From the NCBI GenBank assembly GCA_016870355.1, contig VGBR01000001.1:57574-121573 (forward strand): 64,000 nucleotides of DNA, written 5' to 3'. The notes beneath the pieces are model-generated. The model made no database searches and was not told the DNA's origin. It saw only the letters and a program-made list of their open reading frames with translations. The translations under genes and the position numbers were made by a program. Shown one piece after another: positions 56,903-64,000 of this stretch; the first letter of the stretch is position 1; each line of letters opens with the position of its first letter. Origin of the DNA: Actinomycetota bacterium. Its GTDB lineage: Bacteria; Actinomycetota; Acidimicrobiia; IMCC26256; PALSA-555.

Positions 56903-57564
56903 TGGACGGGGTCTCGCTGATGCTCGGTGTCGGTTGGGGAGTGATGTTCGCCACGCCGGTCGCGCGGCTCGCTCGACGCACCACGGTCGTGAATCGCTTG
57001 GGGACGCGTCTCCCAGCGGTCACGCCTCGACGACGGGTGCACCTTCCGTCGCTCGGACGATGGCTCGGCCCAGTGCACCGGGTCGCCAGCGCGGTGTTCG
57101 AGCGAAGAAGCAGGACGCGTCGTGACGAGGAGCTGACCCGAGATCTGCCGGTCACGATCGATCTCCTTGCCGTCGCGGTCGGTGCTGGCTGCACGCCCTA
57201 CCTCGCGGTCGACGTCGCGACGCAGTGGGCGCCCGCCGCGCTCGCCGCGTGTCTCGACGAAGTTCGGCGCGAGTGCGCGCTTGGTGTCGCCTTCGCCCCT
57301 GCCCTGGATCGAATGGCGCACTCACACCCGCCACTTCGAGCGCTCGCGGACGCGCTCCTTGCGTCCGAGCGCTACGGCGCGCCGGTCGGTGACGCGCTCG
57401 CGCGTCTCGCGGTCGAGGAGCGTGCCGCGCTCCGTCGCCGTGCCGAAGCACAAGCACGCACCGTGCCGGTGCGCATGCTGTTCCCCCTCGTCTTCCTCGT
57501 CCTGCCGGCGTTCGCACTGCTCTCGGTGGTGCCTGTCCTGATCGCCGGTCTCTCCACCAGCTGA
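56899..57564 (+). CDS. tadC: TadC-like type II secretion system F-family membrane protein
   Basis: 221 aa. T2SSF-like core ending in PVRMLFPLVFLVLPAFALLSVVPVL. Overlaps the tadB stop (ATGA). Confidence 0.8.
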   Translation: MMDGVSLMLGVGWGVMFATPVARLARRTTVVNRLGTRLPAVTPRRRVHLPSLGRWLGPVHRVASAVFERRSRTRRDEELTRDLPVTIDLLAVAVGAGCTPYLAVDVATQWAPAALAACLDEVRRECALGVAFAPALDRMAHSHPPLRALADALLASERYGAPVGDALARLAVEERAALRRRAEAQARTVPVRMLFPLVFLVLPAFALLSVVPVLIAGLSTS

Positions 57565-57579
57565 ACCGGGAGGTTCTCC

Positions 57580-57759
57580 ATGAAGGTGCTCCATGTCGTT
57601 CGCCGCGCGCTTCGGCTCGACGACGAGGCAGGTCAGACGACTGCCGAGTACGCCCTCGTCATCCTCGGTTGCGCCGTGGTCGCCGGAGGGCTCGCGCTCT
57701 GGGCTCAGGGCGGCGCGATCGAGGACCTGTTCAACGACGTGATCGGCAAGATCCTCTGA
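57580..57759 (+). CDS. flp: Flp-family type IVb pilin (DUF4244-like)
   Basis: 59-aa ORF missing from the track. MKVLHVVRRALRLDDEAGQTTAEYALVILGCAVVAGGLAL carries the G/xxxxEY prepilin processing motif followed by a hydrophobic helix. RBS GGGAGG. Confidence 0.75.
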   Translation: MKVLHVVRRALRLDDEAGQTTAEYALVILGCAVVAGGLALWAQGGAIEDLFNDVIGKIL

Positions 57760-58127
57760 TGCCTTGGCCGCGGCGGGGCGAACGTGGTCAAGCCACCGTT
57801 GAGCTCGCGCTTGTGCTGCCGATCCTCGCCCTTGCCATCCTCGCGGTGCTCCAAGTCGCGCTCGTCGTACGCGACCACATCGCGGTGGTGCATGCGGCAA
57901 GAGAGGCGGCCAGGGCGGCGAGCGTCGATCCCGATCCGACTCGCGCCCGAGTAGCCGCCCTGCGCATGCTGCCGGGCGCGGAGGTGCGCGTCGGCAATCG
58001 GGGCCGCGTCGGTGAACCCATCGCGGTCGTCGTGACCTATGAGTCGGTGACCGACCTTCCGCTCGTCGGCTCGCTCTTCCCCGACCCGACGCTCAAGTCC
58101 CGCGTGGTCATGCGGATCGAGAAGTGA
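57759..58127 (+). CDS. TadE-like pseudopilin
   Basis: ERGQATVELALVLPILALAILAVLQVALV is a TadE N-terminal motif. Its ATG overlaps the flp stop (TGATG). Confidence 0.75.
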   Translation: MPWPRRGERGQATVELALVLPILALAILAVLQVALVVRDHIAVVHAAREAARAASVDPDPTRARVAALRMLPGAEVRVGNRGRVGEPIAVVVTYESVTDLPLVGSLFPDPTLKSRVVMRIEK

Positions 58128-58483
58128 CGTCGGTGCATCAACGCCGCGGTGAACGGGCGAGCATGTCGATCCTCATGGTTGGCGTGCTCGCCGTCGCCGT
58201 TGCCGCGGCGATGGCCGCGGCGCGCATGGGCGTGGCCGCGATCGCAGCAGCGCGCGCCGATGCGGCTGCAGATGCCGCAGCGCTGGCCGCCGCCGACATG
58301 CTGGCGCTCGGCCGAGGCCCGGAGGCTGCGGTCGTGGCCGCGCGCGCCACCGCGCGCGCGAACGGTGCTCACCTCGAGGACTGCTCGTGCCGCGGCCGAA
58401 CCGTCACCGTGCGGGTGACCGTCGAGGTCGCGGGTCTGGCCGACGCGCACAGTCGTGCCCGCGCCGAGATCGGTGGATCGTCG
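58124..58483 (+). CDS. Second TadE-like (Rv3654c-type) protein; 3' end undefined
   Basis: RGERASMSILMVGVLAVAVAAAMAAA...ADAAADAAALAAAD...NGA.LEDC.C....V.V.V.V resembles the last gene of actinobacterial tad loci. The frame has no stop codon until 59767. The end given here is the base before the terminator hairpin. Confidence 0.5.
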
Positions 58484-58508
58484 TCCAGGGAGGCGAACCC
58501 TCCCTGGA
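58484..58508. terminator. Bidirectional hairpin terminator between the tad operon and the LCP gene
   Basis: TCCAGGGAGG CGAA CCCTCCCTGGA, a perfect 10-11 bp stem. The LCP stop codon lies 6 nt away. Confidence 0.55.
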
Positions 58509-58513
58509 CGCGG

Positions 58514-59410
58514 TCAGCCCTGGACGATGCCGTCGTCGCGGAAGTCGGCGAACAGCTCGGCCGCGCCCGATCCGACGTTGAGGTTGGACCCTGCACCGGT
58601 GCCCACCGGGATGGTGATGTTCCTGATGGTCGCCGGGTCGATCGTCAGTGCGAGTCGCCCCAACCGCCAGAGCCCCACCATGTCGATGTTCATCATGTGC
58701 ACGTGGCGCGCCAGCACCGCGGTGAGGTGGAGGGCGCCGGCGTCACCAACGTTCTGAGCGCGGAACGTCGCGAGTGCAGAGATGATGATGTGGGCCTGGT
58801 TCGCGGTTCGCGTGATGTCGCCGTCGACCCAGTCCTTGCGGTCACGCGAGTAGCGGAGCACCTCATCGCCAGTGAGGTGCGTCGGCCCCGGCGTGAAGAA
58901 CGCACCGGAATCGGCGTCGCTGAACTCGTACGGCACGTTGACGTCGATGCCGCCGACAGCGTCGACCATCGCGCTGAGGTTGAAGAAGTTCGTCGTGATC
59001 GCGTACCGGATCTCGATGCCCATCATCTGGTTGAGCTGGTCGGCGATGCCGGGGAGCCCGTTCAGCGAGTGATACGCGTTGATCTTGTCGCCCGACGGCG
59101 CGGTGGTGTCGCGCGGCACGTTGAGGATCGTCGCCTGCCGCAGCGCGGGGTTCACGCCAATCACGTGGATGGCGTCACCGAGGCCGTTCACATCGTTGGT
59201 GCGGCCGTCGTTGCCGATCGCGAGGAAGAAGAAGGGCTCGGTGGGCGAGCCGCTGTACTGCGCGTCGCCGAGCTGCGTGAGGGTGAACCAGGTCGCGCCC
59301 CGGGCGGGCACTGGCTTCCCGATGATGAGCCACCCCGCCGAGAGCAGCGCCGCGACGAGCACACCGCACAGCGGAATGACCAGGAGCAGGCGGGTCAGCG
59401 GTCGTCGCAT
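58514..59410 (-). CDS. LCP (LytR-CpsA-Psr) family cell-envelope phosphotransferase
   Basis: N-terminal TM helix, then FFLAIGND.R...........D.I.V.GVNP......ILN.PRDT and TTNFFNLSAMVDAVGGIDV. ATG 59410 shares 1 nt with the upstream stop. Confidence 0.85.
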   Translation of the reverse strand: MRRPLTRLLLVIPLCGVLVAALLSAGWLIIGKPVPARGATWFTLTQLGDAQYSGSPTEPFFFLAIGNDGRTNDVNGLGDAIHVIGVNPALRQATILNVPRDTTAPSGDKINAYHSLNGLPGIADQLNQMMGIEIRYAITTNFFNLSAMVDAVGGIDVNVPYEFSDADSGAFFTPGPTHLTGDEVLRYSRDRKDWVDGDITRTANQAHIIISALATFRAQNVGDAGALHLTAVLARHVHMMNIDMVGLWRLGRLALTIDPATIRNITIPVGTGAGSNLNVGSGAAELFADFRDDGIVQG

Positions 59411-60210
59411 CAGCCCGCCACCGTCGTCGACGTCGTGGGCGCCGCGGTGGAAGCGGTGGGGCCGAGGCCCGCCCCGCTGCGTTCGACGTGGAGTGTCCAT
59501 CCTGTGACCTTCCAGGTGCCATCGGGCTGCGGGGCGAAGACCATCGATCCGAATCGGGTGATGGTGATGGCGCCCGCCTTGGCCTCGATCTCGATGCCGA
59601 GCTGGACGATCGCGGTGACGAGCATGACCTTGCCGTCGGTCTCGGCGAGCGCGTACAGGTCCATCGTCGGCGACGTCACGCGCACACGGCCCGTGGCCTT
59701 CGGGAGACCCTCGTCGAGGAGCACGTCGCGATCGGGGGTTCCGACGATCCGCGCGATCGCAGCCTGATCGAAGACCGCGGCGAGGTCGGCGTCATTGACG
59801 ACTGCACCCTTGCGGGCCGGCTTGACTGTCGCGATGTCGACGTAGGTCTCGAGCGATCCGTGGATCGCGTCCGCGACGTCGCGGGGGAAGTCGTTGAGCG
59901 TCTTGTAGGCGTTCGTGCTGTCGAAGGCGATCGGGTTCACCGCCAGCTCGACACTCGTCGAAGTGTCGACCTCCGGCGCGTCCTTGCCGCCCTTGGAGTC
60001 CATCGCGATCATCACGCCGACACCGATCAGTGCGGCCGCGACAACCACCGAGAGGATCAAGAGGATCGGACCGCGCCCCGTCTCACTCGTCGCGTTCTGC
60101 TCGTAGGCGCGACGCGCCGCGCGAGCCGCCGGGTCGACCGGTGGGGGAGGCGGGGCCGTGGAGACGGCGACGCGCGCGCGTCGTCGCGGCGGCGGAGGGG
60201 GGACCGACAT
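59410..60210 (-). CDS. Membrane-anchored hypothetical protein
   Basis: 266 aa. Pro-rich cytoplasmic N-terminus, one TM helix (ILLILSVVVAAALIGVGVMIA) and an extracytoplasmic domain. Translationally linked to the LCP gene. Confidence 0.6.
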   Translation of the reverse strand: MSVPPPPPRRRARVAVSTAPPPPPVDPAARAARRAYEQNATSETGRGPILLILSVVVAAALIGVGVMIAMDSKGGKDAPEVDTSTSVELAVNPIAFDSTNAYKTLNDFPRDVADAIHGSLETYVDIATVKPARKGAVVNDADLAAVFDQAAIARIVGTPDRDVLLDEGLPKATGRVRVTSPTMDLYALAETDGKVMLVTAIVQLGIEIEAKAGAITITRFGSMVFAPQPDGTWKVTGWTLHVERSGAGLGPTASTAAPTTSTTVAG

Positions 60211-60309
60211 CGCGACTCCAGCCTATGGCACACCCTGGCGAGTTTCGGAACTTTGCGACGGCGACACGGATTGACGCCTACGGTGGTGGCCGTGGCACTG
60301 AAAGGCGCA

Positions 60310-60642
60310 ATGAAGCGGTTCACGGCGTCGGTGCACGATCTCGACCGCGCCAGCATCACCGAGTTCTGCGACGGCTGTGGGCTCACTCCGACCACCGAGG
60401 TGGTTGCTCGCGAGCAGGTGCGAGTGGGCGGAGAGGTGCGATCGGTGCGGGTCGTGCCCCGGGCTGGCGCGCCCGCGCTCGAAGTCACCATCACCGACGG
60501 CCGCGGCTCGGTCACCGCGGTGTTCCTGGGTCGGCGCAAGATCGGCGGCGTGACACCCGGGCGCCGCATCTCAGTCGAAGGCGTCCCTGGTCAGGTCGGG
60601 GCGCGACTGCTGCTCTACAACCCTCTCTACACACTGCACTGA
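60310..60642 (+). CDS. OB-fold domain protein (conserved actinobacterial neighbour of trkA genes)
   Basis: 110 aa from ATG 60310. VGGEVRSVRVVPRAGAPALEVTITDG.GS.TAVFLGRR.I.G..PG. The rest of the track ORFs here are antisense artefacts. Confidence 0.7.
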   Translation: MKRFTASVHDLDRASITEFCDGCGLTPTTEVVAREQVRVGGEVRSVRVVPRAGAPALEVTITDGRGSVTAVFLGRRKIGGVTPGRRISVEGVPGQVGARLLLYNPLYTLH

Positions 60643-60662
60643 CGGGGCGCGCCCCGCAGCTC

Positions 60663-61325
60663 CTAGGCGCCGGTGAGGATCGTTCGGACTTGGTCCTCGG
60701 AATCTGGCGTCACCATCGCAAGCACCTCGTCGCCAGCTTCGAAGACGGTGTCACCGCGGGGCATCACGACGTGCTCGGCGCGCACGATGGCCACGAACGT
60801 GGCGTCGCGTGGCACCTCGATCTCGGAGATCGCCTTGTCGATGACCGGCGCGTCGTCGGCGAGCGTGACCTCCACCAGTCGGGCCTGACCGCCGTCGAAC
60901 TGGAGGATGCGGACGAGACGTCCGACCGTCACGGCCTCCTCGACCAGCGCGGTGATGAGGTGCGGGGTGGACACCGAGAGGTCGACGCCCCAGTTCTCGT
61001 TGAAGAGCCACTCGTTCTTCGGGTGGTTGACCCGCGCGATCACGCGCGGCACCGCGAACTCGGTCTTGGCCAGCAACGAGACGACCAGGTTGTCCTCGTC
61101 GTCGCCGGTCGCGGCCACGATCACGTCGCAACGATCGAGCCCGGCTTCGCGCAGCGACGACACCTCGCACGCGTCCGCGATCACCCACTCGACGCCCTCG
61201 GCAGTGACCGCCCGGTCGCGAACGGCGGGCTGCTGCTCGATGAGCATCACCTCATGGCCCGCCGCGCGCAGGTCATCGGCGATGTACAGCCCGACGGCTC
61301 CGGCCCCGGCGATCGCTACTCGCAT
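60663..61325 (-). CDS. trkA: TrkA-family potassium uptake protein
   Basis: 220 aa. Rossmann motif MRVAIAGAGAVG plus a C-terminal RCK/TrkA-C domain. Confidence 0.9.
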   Translation of the reverse strand: MRVAIAGAGAVGLYIADDLRAAGHEVMLIEQQPAVRDRAVTAEGVEWVIADACEVSSLREAGLDRCDVIVAATGDDEDNLVVSLLAKTEFAVPRVIARVNHPKNEWLFNENWGVDLSVSTPHLITALVEEAVTVGRLVRILQFDGGQARLVEVTLADDAPVIDKAISEIEVPRDATFVAIVRAEHVVMPRGDTVFEAGDEVLAMVTPDSEDQVRTILTGA

Positions 61326-61987
61326 CAGGCCTCCGGTCCTTCCTCGAGGCGGGCGCGCAGCTCGTCGAGCGCGCTCACGTCGACGACGAAGTGCAGCACG
61401 TCGTCTTCCTGACCCACCAGGTTCGTGCCGACCACCTGAGCGCCGCCGAAGCGTGAGACCGCGGTGAGCCAGAAGCGCTCAGGCTCGTTCAGCGCGGACA
61501 GCTTCTTGCCACACCAGGTCGCGGGGATCGTGAACTCGGCCAAGCAGACCTTGCCGCTCGGATCCATCCACTCGTGCGTCTGCTGGTCCGCGGGCAGCAG
61601 TCGGCGCAGCACTTGGTCGGTCGTCCATTGCACGGTCGCGACCGTCGGGATGCCGAGCCGTTGGTAGATGAGCGCGCGGCGAGGGTCGTAGATGCGTGCC
61701 ACCACGTGCTCGATGCCGAAGTTCTCGCGAGCGATGCGCGCCGCGAGGATGTTGGAGTTGTCGCCGCTGGTCACTGCGGCAACGGCACCGGCCCGCTCGA
61801 TCCCGGCTTCCAGCAGGTGATCGCGGTCGAAGCCGAAGCCGACGACCTTCTGCCCGGTGAAGCTCGACGAAAGCCGCCGGAAGGCGGTGGCGTTCTTGTC
61901 GATGATCGCGACGGTGTGACCGGCCTTCTCGAGGTTGCCGGCCAGCTCACTGCCCACCCGGCCACAACCCACCACCACGACGTGCAC
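61325..61987 (-). CDS. trkA: TrkA-family potassium uptake protein
   Basis: 220 aa. VVVVGCGRVG plus a TrkA-C domain. Its stop shares 1 nt with the downstream trkA start. Confidence 0.9.
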   Translation of the reverse strand: MHVVVVGCGRVGSELAGNLEKAGHTVAIIDKNATAFRRLSSSFTGQKVVGFGFDRDHLLEAGIERAGAVAAVTSGDNSNILAARIARENFGIEHVVARIYDPRRALIYQRLGIPTVATVQWTTDQVLRRLLPADQQTHEWMDPSGKVCLAEFTIPATWCGKKLSALNEPERFWLTAVSRFGGAQVVGTNLVGQEDDVLHFVVDVSALDELRARLEEGPEA

Positions 61988-62016
61988 GTTTCGCCTCCAG
62001 ATGCGATACGTCTGCG

Positions 62017-63936
62017 ATGCTATCGACGCTCTCTCGGGCGGGTCGGACCGGGCGCGCGGTTGCGGAGGTCGTGGTGGCGCAGGGTGTCCTGAAGCGATTC
62101 TTCCTCGGGCGGCCGCTCGCGACCTCTGAGCAAGAGCACCAGCGGATCCCGAAGGTCATCGCGCTGGCGGTCTTCTCGTCGGATGCCATCTCGTCGACGG
62201 CGTACGCGACCGAGGAGATCCTCTTCGCGATCGTGGTCGCGGGCAGCGCCAGCCTCACGCTGGGGCTCGACGCGCTGATCCCGATCGCGATCGCCGTCGC
62301 CGCCCTCTTGGCGATCGTCGCGTTCACGCACCGCCAGACGATCTTCGCCTACCCGAGCGGTGGCGGCAGCTACGTCGTGAGCCGGGAGAACCTCGGCGAG
62401 GACCCATCGTTGGTCGCGGGTGCGTCCCTGCTCGTCGACTACATCCTCACGGTTGCGGTGTCGATCTCGGCCGGGGTCGCGGCCATCATCTCGATCCCCG
62501 AGTTCCACGACCTCGCCGACTCCCGGGTCGAGCTCGGGCTCGTGCTCATCCTCTTGATCACGCTGGCCAACCTGCGCGGGCTCAAGGAGTCAGGCCGCCT
62601 GTTCGCGGCGCCCACGTACATCTATATCGGCATGCTCGCCGGGCTCATCGCCTACGGGCTCTACCGGACGTTCGTCGCCGACGACATCGGGACGATCCCC
62701 TTCGATCGCCACGCCTTCGAGGCTGCCGGCGGTCATCTCCCCGGCGGTGAGCTCGGCATCCTCCTGATCCTCAAGGGCTTCTCGTCCGGTGCGGTCGCGC
62801 TCACCGGTGTGGAGGCGATCTCCAACGGCGTCCCCGCGTTCTGGCGGCCTGAGTCGAAGAACGCGGCGAAGACGTTGACCGCAATGGCGCTCATCCTCGG
62901 GACGCTCTTCCTCGGTGTCTCGGTCCTCGCGCAGCACCTCCACCCGTACCCGAGCCACGAGAAGACGGCGATCGCGCAGATGGGTCTCGCGGTGTTCGGG
63001 AACGGCGCGATCTTCTTTGCGCTCCAGATCGCCACGGCGTTGATCCTCACGCTGGCCGCGAACACCGCCTACGCCGACTTCCCGCGCTTGACGTCGATCA
63101 TCGCTCGCGACGGTTACTTGCCACGACAGCTCAGCAATCGTGGCGACCGCCTCGTGTTCTCGAACGGGGTGATCGTGCTCGCGGGCTCGGCTGCGGTGCT
63201 GCTCGTCGCGTTCGGTGGCAAGACCAACGCGCTGATCCCGCTCTACGCAGTCGGGGTGTTCACGTCGTTCACGCTGTCGCAGTCCGGCATGGTTCGTCAC
63301 CACCAGAAGGAGGGAGAAGAGGGTTGGCGCCGCCACATTGCCGTCAACCTGGTCGGTGCGACGGCGACCGGCGCAGTCACGCTCATCGTCGGCTACTCGA
63401 AGTTCGGGGATGGCGCGTGGGTGTCGATCGTGGTGATCGGTCTCATCGTCCTCTTGTTCAAGGGCATCAAGGGCCACTACCGCAGAGTCGGCGACTCGTT
63501 GCGCGTCGCTCCCGGTTACCGACCTCGCCCCTGGAACAACACGGTGATCGTGCTGGTCGGTCGTGTGCACACCGGCGTGCTGAACGCGATCTCGTATGCG
63601 AAGTCACTCAACCCGAGCCATCTCATCGCCTTGAGCGTTGTGAGCGATGAGGAAGAGGACGAGTTCATCCGCGAGCAATGGGCCCAGTTCAACATCGACG
63701 TCCCGCTCGAGACCGTCTACAACCCGTACCGAGAGATGACCCGTCCGGTGCTCGAGTTCATCGACGAGATCGACGCGCAGTGGACCAACGACGTGATCAC
63801 GGTGGTCATCCCGGAGTTCGTGGTCCGCCGGTGGTGGGAGCACCTCCTCCACAACCAGAGCGCACTGTTCCTGAAGGGGCGCCTGCTGTTCCGCAAGGGC
63901 ACCGTCGTGACGTCGGTCCCGTACCACGTCGACTGA
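62017..63936 (+). CDS. APC-superfamily amino acid/cation permease with cytoplasmic C-terminal extension
   Basis: LKRFFLGRPL.....H.R.PK..ALAVFSSDAISSTAYATEEIL is a typical N-terminus. About 12 TM helices and a ~170-aa soluble tail. Exact start uncertain. Confidence 0.85.
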   Translation: MLSTLSRAGRTGRAVAEVVVAQGVLKRFFLGRPLATSEQEHQRIPKVIALAVFSSDAISSTAYATEEILFAIVVAGSASLTLGLDALIPIAIAVAALLAIVAFTHRQTIFAYPSGGGSYVVSRENLGEDPSLVAGASLLVDYILTVAVSISAGVAAIISIPEFHDLADSRVELGLVLILLITLANLRGLKESGRLFAAPTYIYIGMLAGLIAYGLYRTFVADDIGTIPFDRHAFEAAGGHLPGGELGILLILKGFSSGAVALTGVEAISNGVPAFWRPESKNAAKTLTAMALILGTLFLGVSVLAQHLHPYPSHEKTAIAQMGLAVFGNGAIFFALQIATALILTLAANTAYADFPRLTSIIARDGYLPRQLSNRGDRLVFSNGVIVLAGSAAVLLVAFGGKTNALIPLYAVGVFTSFTLSQSGMVRHHQKEGEEGWRRHIAVNLVGATATGAVTLIVGYSKFGDGAWVSIVVIGLIVLLFKGIKGHYRRVGDSLRVAPGYRPRPWNNTVIVLVGRVHTGVLNAISYAKSLNPSHLIALSVVSDEEEDEFIREQWAQFNIDVPLETVYNPYREMTRPVLEFIDEIDAQWTNDVITVVIPEFVVRRWWEHLLHNQSALFLKGRLLFRKGTVVTSVPYHVD

Positions 63937-64000
63937 GCGCGGCTCCGGGGCGGAGCGGAGGCGCTCGCCAGGGAGCGAACCAGAGCGAATGAAGGCCTCT

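Overview
A high-GC, densely coding, actinobacterial-type chromosome segment. Gene order resembles conserved Mycobacterium/Acidimicrobiia core regions, and almost everything is housekeeping.

Gene content, left to right:
- Large-type SRP RNA, then dnaX-ybaB-recR.
- An ethylmalonyl-CoA-pathway-like cluster: thiolase, ccr, epimerase, acyl-CoA carboxylase beta and epsilon, ecm/meaA-type mutase, hbd. Unrelated genes and a DUF222/HNH element interrupt it.
- ask-asd and tRNA-Pro(CGG).
- A receiver protein, an ArsA-like ATPase pair, NfeD and WhiB.
- selB-selA.
- Fe-S genes: Mrp/ApbC, an ArsR/SufR-like regulator, ErpA.
- A Pro-rich plus Lys/Arg-repeat protein, and a 2Fe-2S/XDH-like fusion.
- A nitrogen block: glnR-like, glnA2, glnA1, glnE.
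- nadE, a group-2-like sigma factor, tRNA-Sec, rhomboid.
- A Tad/Flp pilus operon, LCP, an OB-fold protein, two trkA genes and an APC permease.

I found no CRISPR array, prophage, transposase or recognisable defence island, and no convincing new multi-gene system.

Observations most worth follow-up:
1. An array of nine helically phased DnaA-box-like TCCAC motifs, away from any dnaA/dnaN.
2. A three-copy hairpin repeat family sharing the 13-mer AGCGTGCCGAGAA. Two copies sit on Sec-machinery genes (the selA/selB junction and next to selC).
3. Sec-decoding genes with no obvious selenoprotein in the window, plus one in-frame TGA in a DUF2207-like membrane gene.
4. A bipartite ~90-nt inverted repeat bracketing glnR-glnA2-glnA1.
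5. A fully disordered H1-like repeat protein.
6. Several frameshifted or unterminated genes: a glycine-rich secreted protein, the HNH element and the last tad gene.

Many long ORFs in the six-frame track are antisense artefacts of the GC content and were not called.
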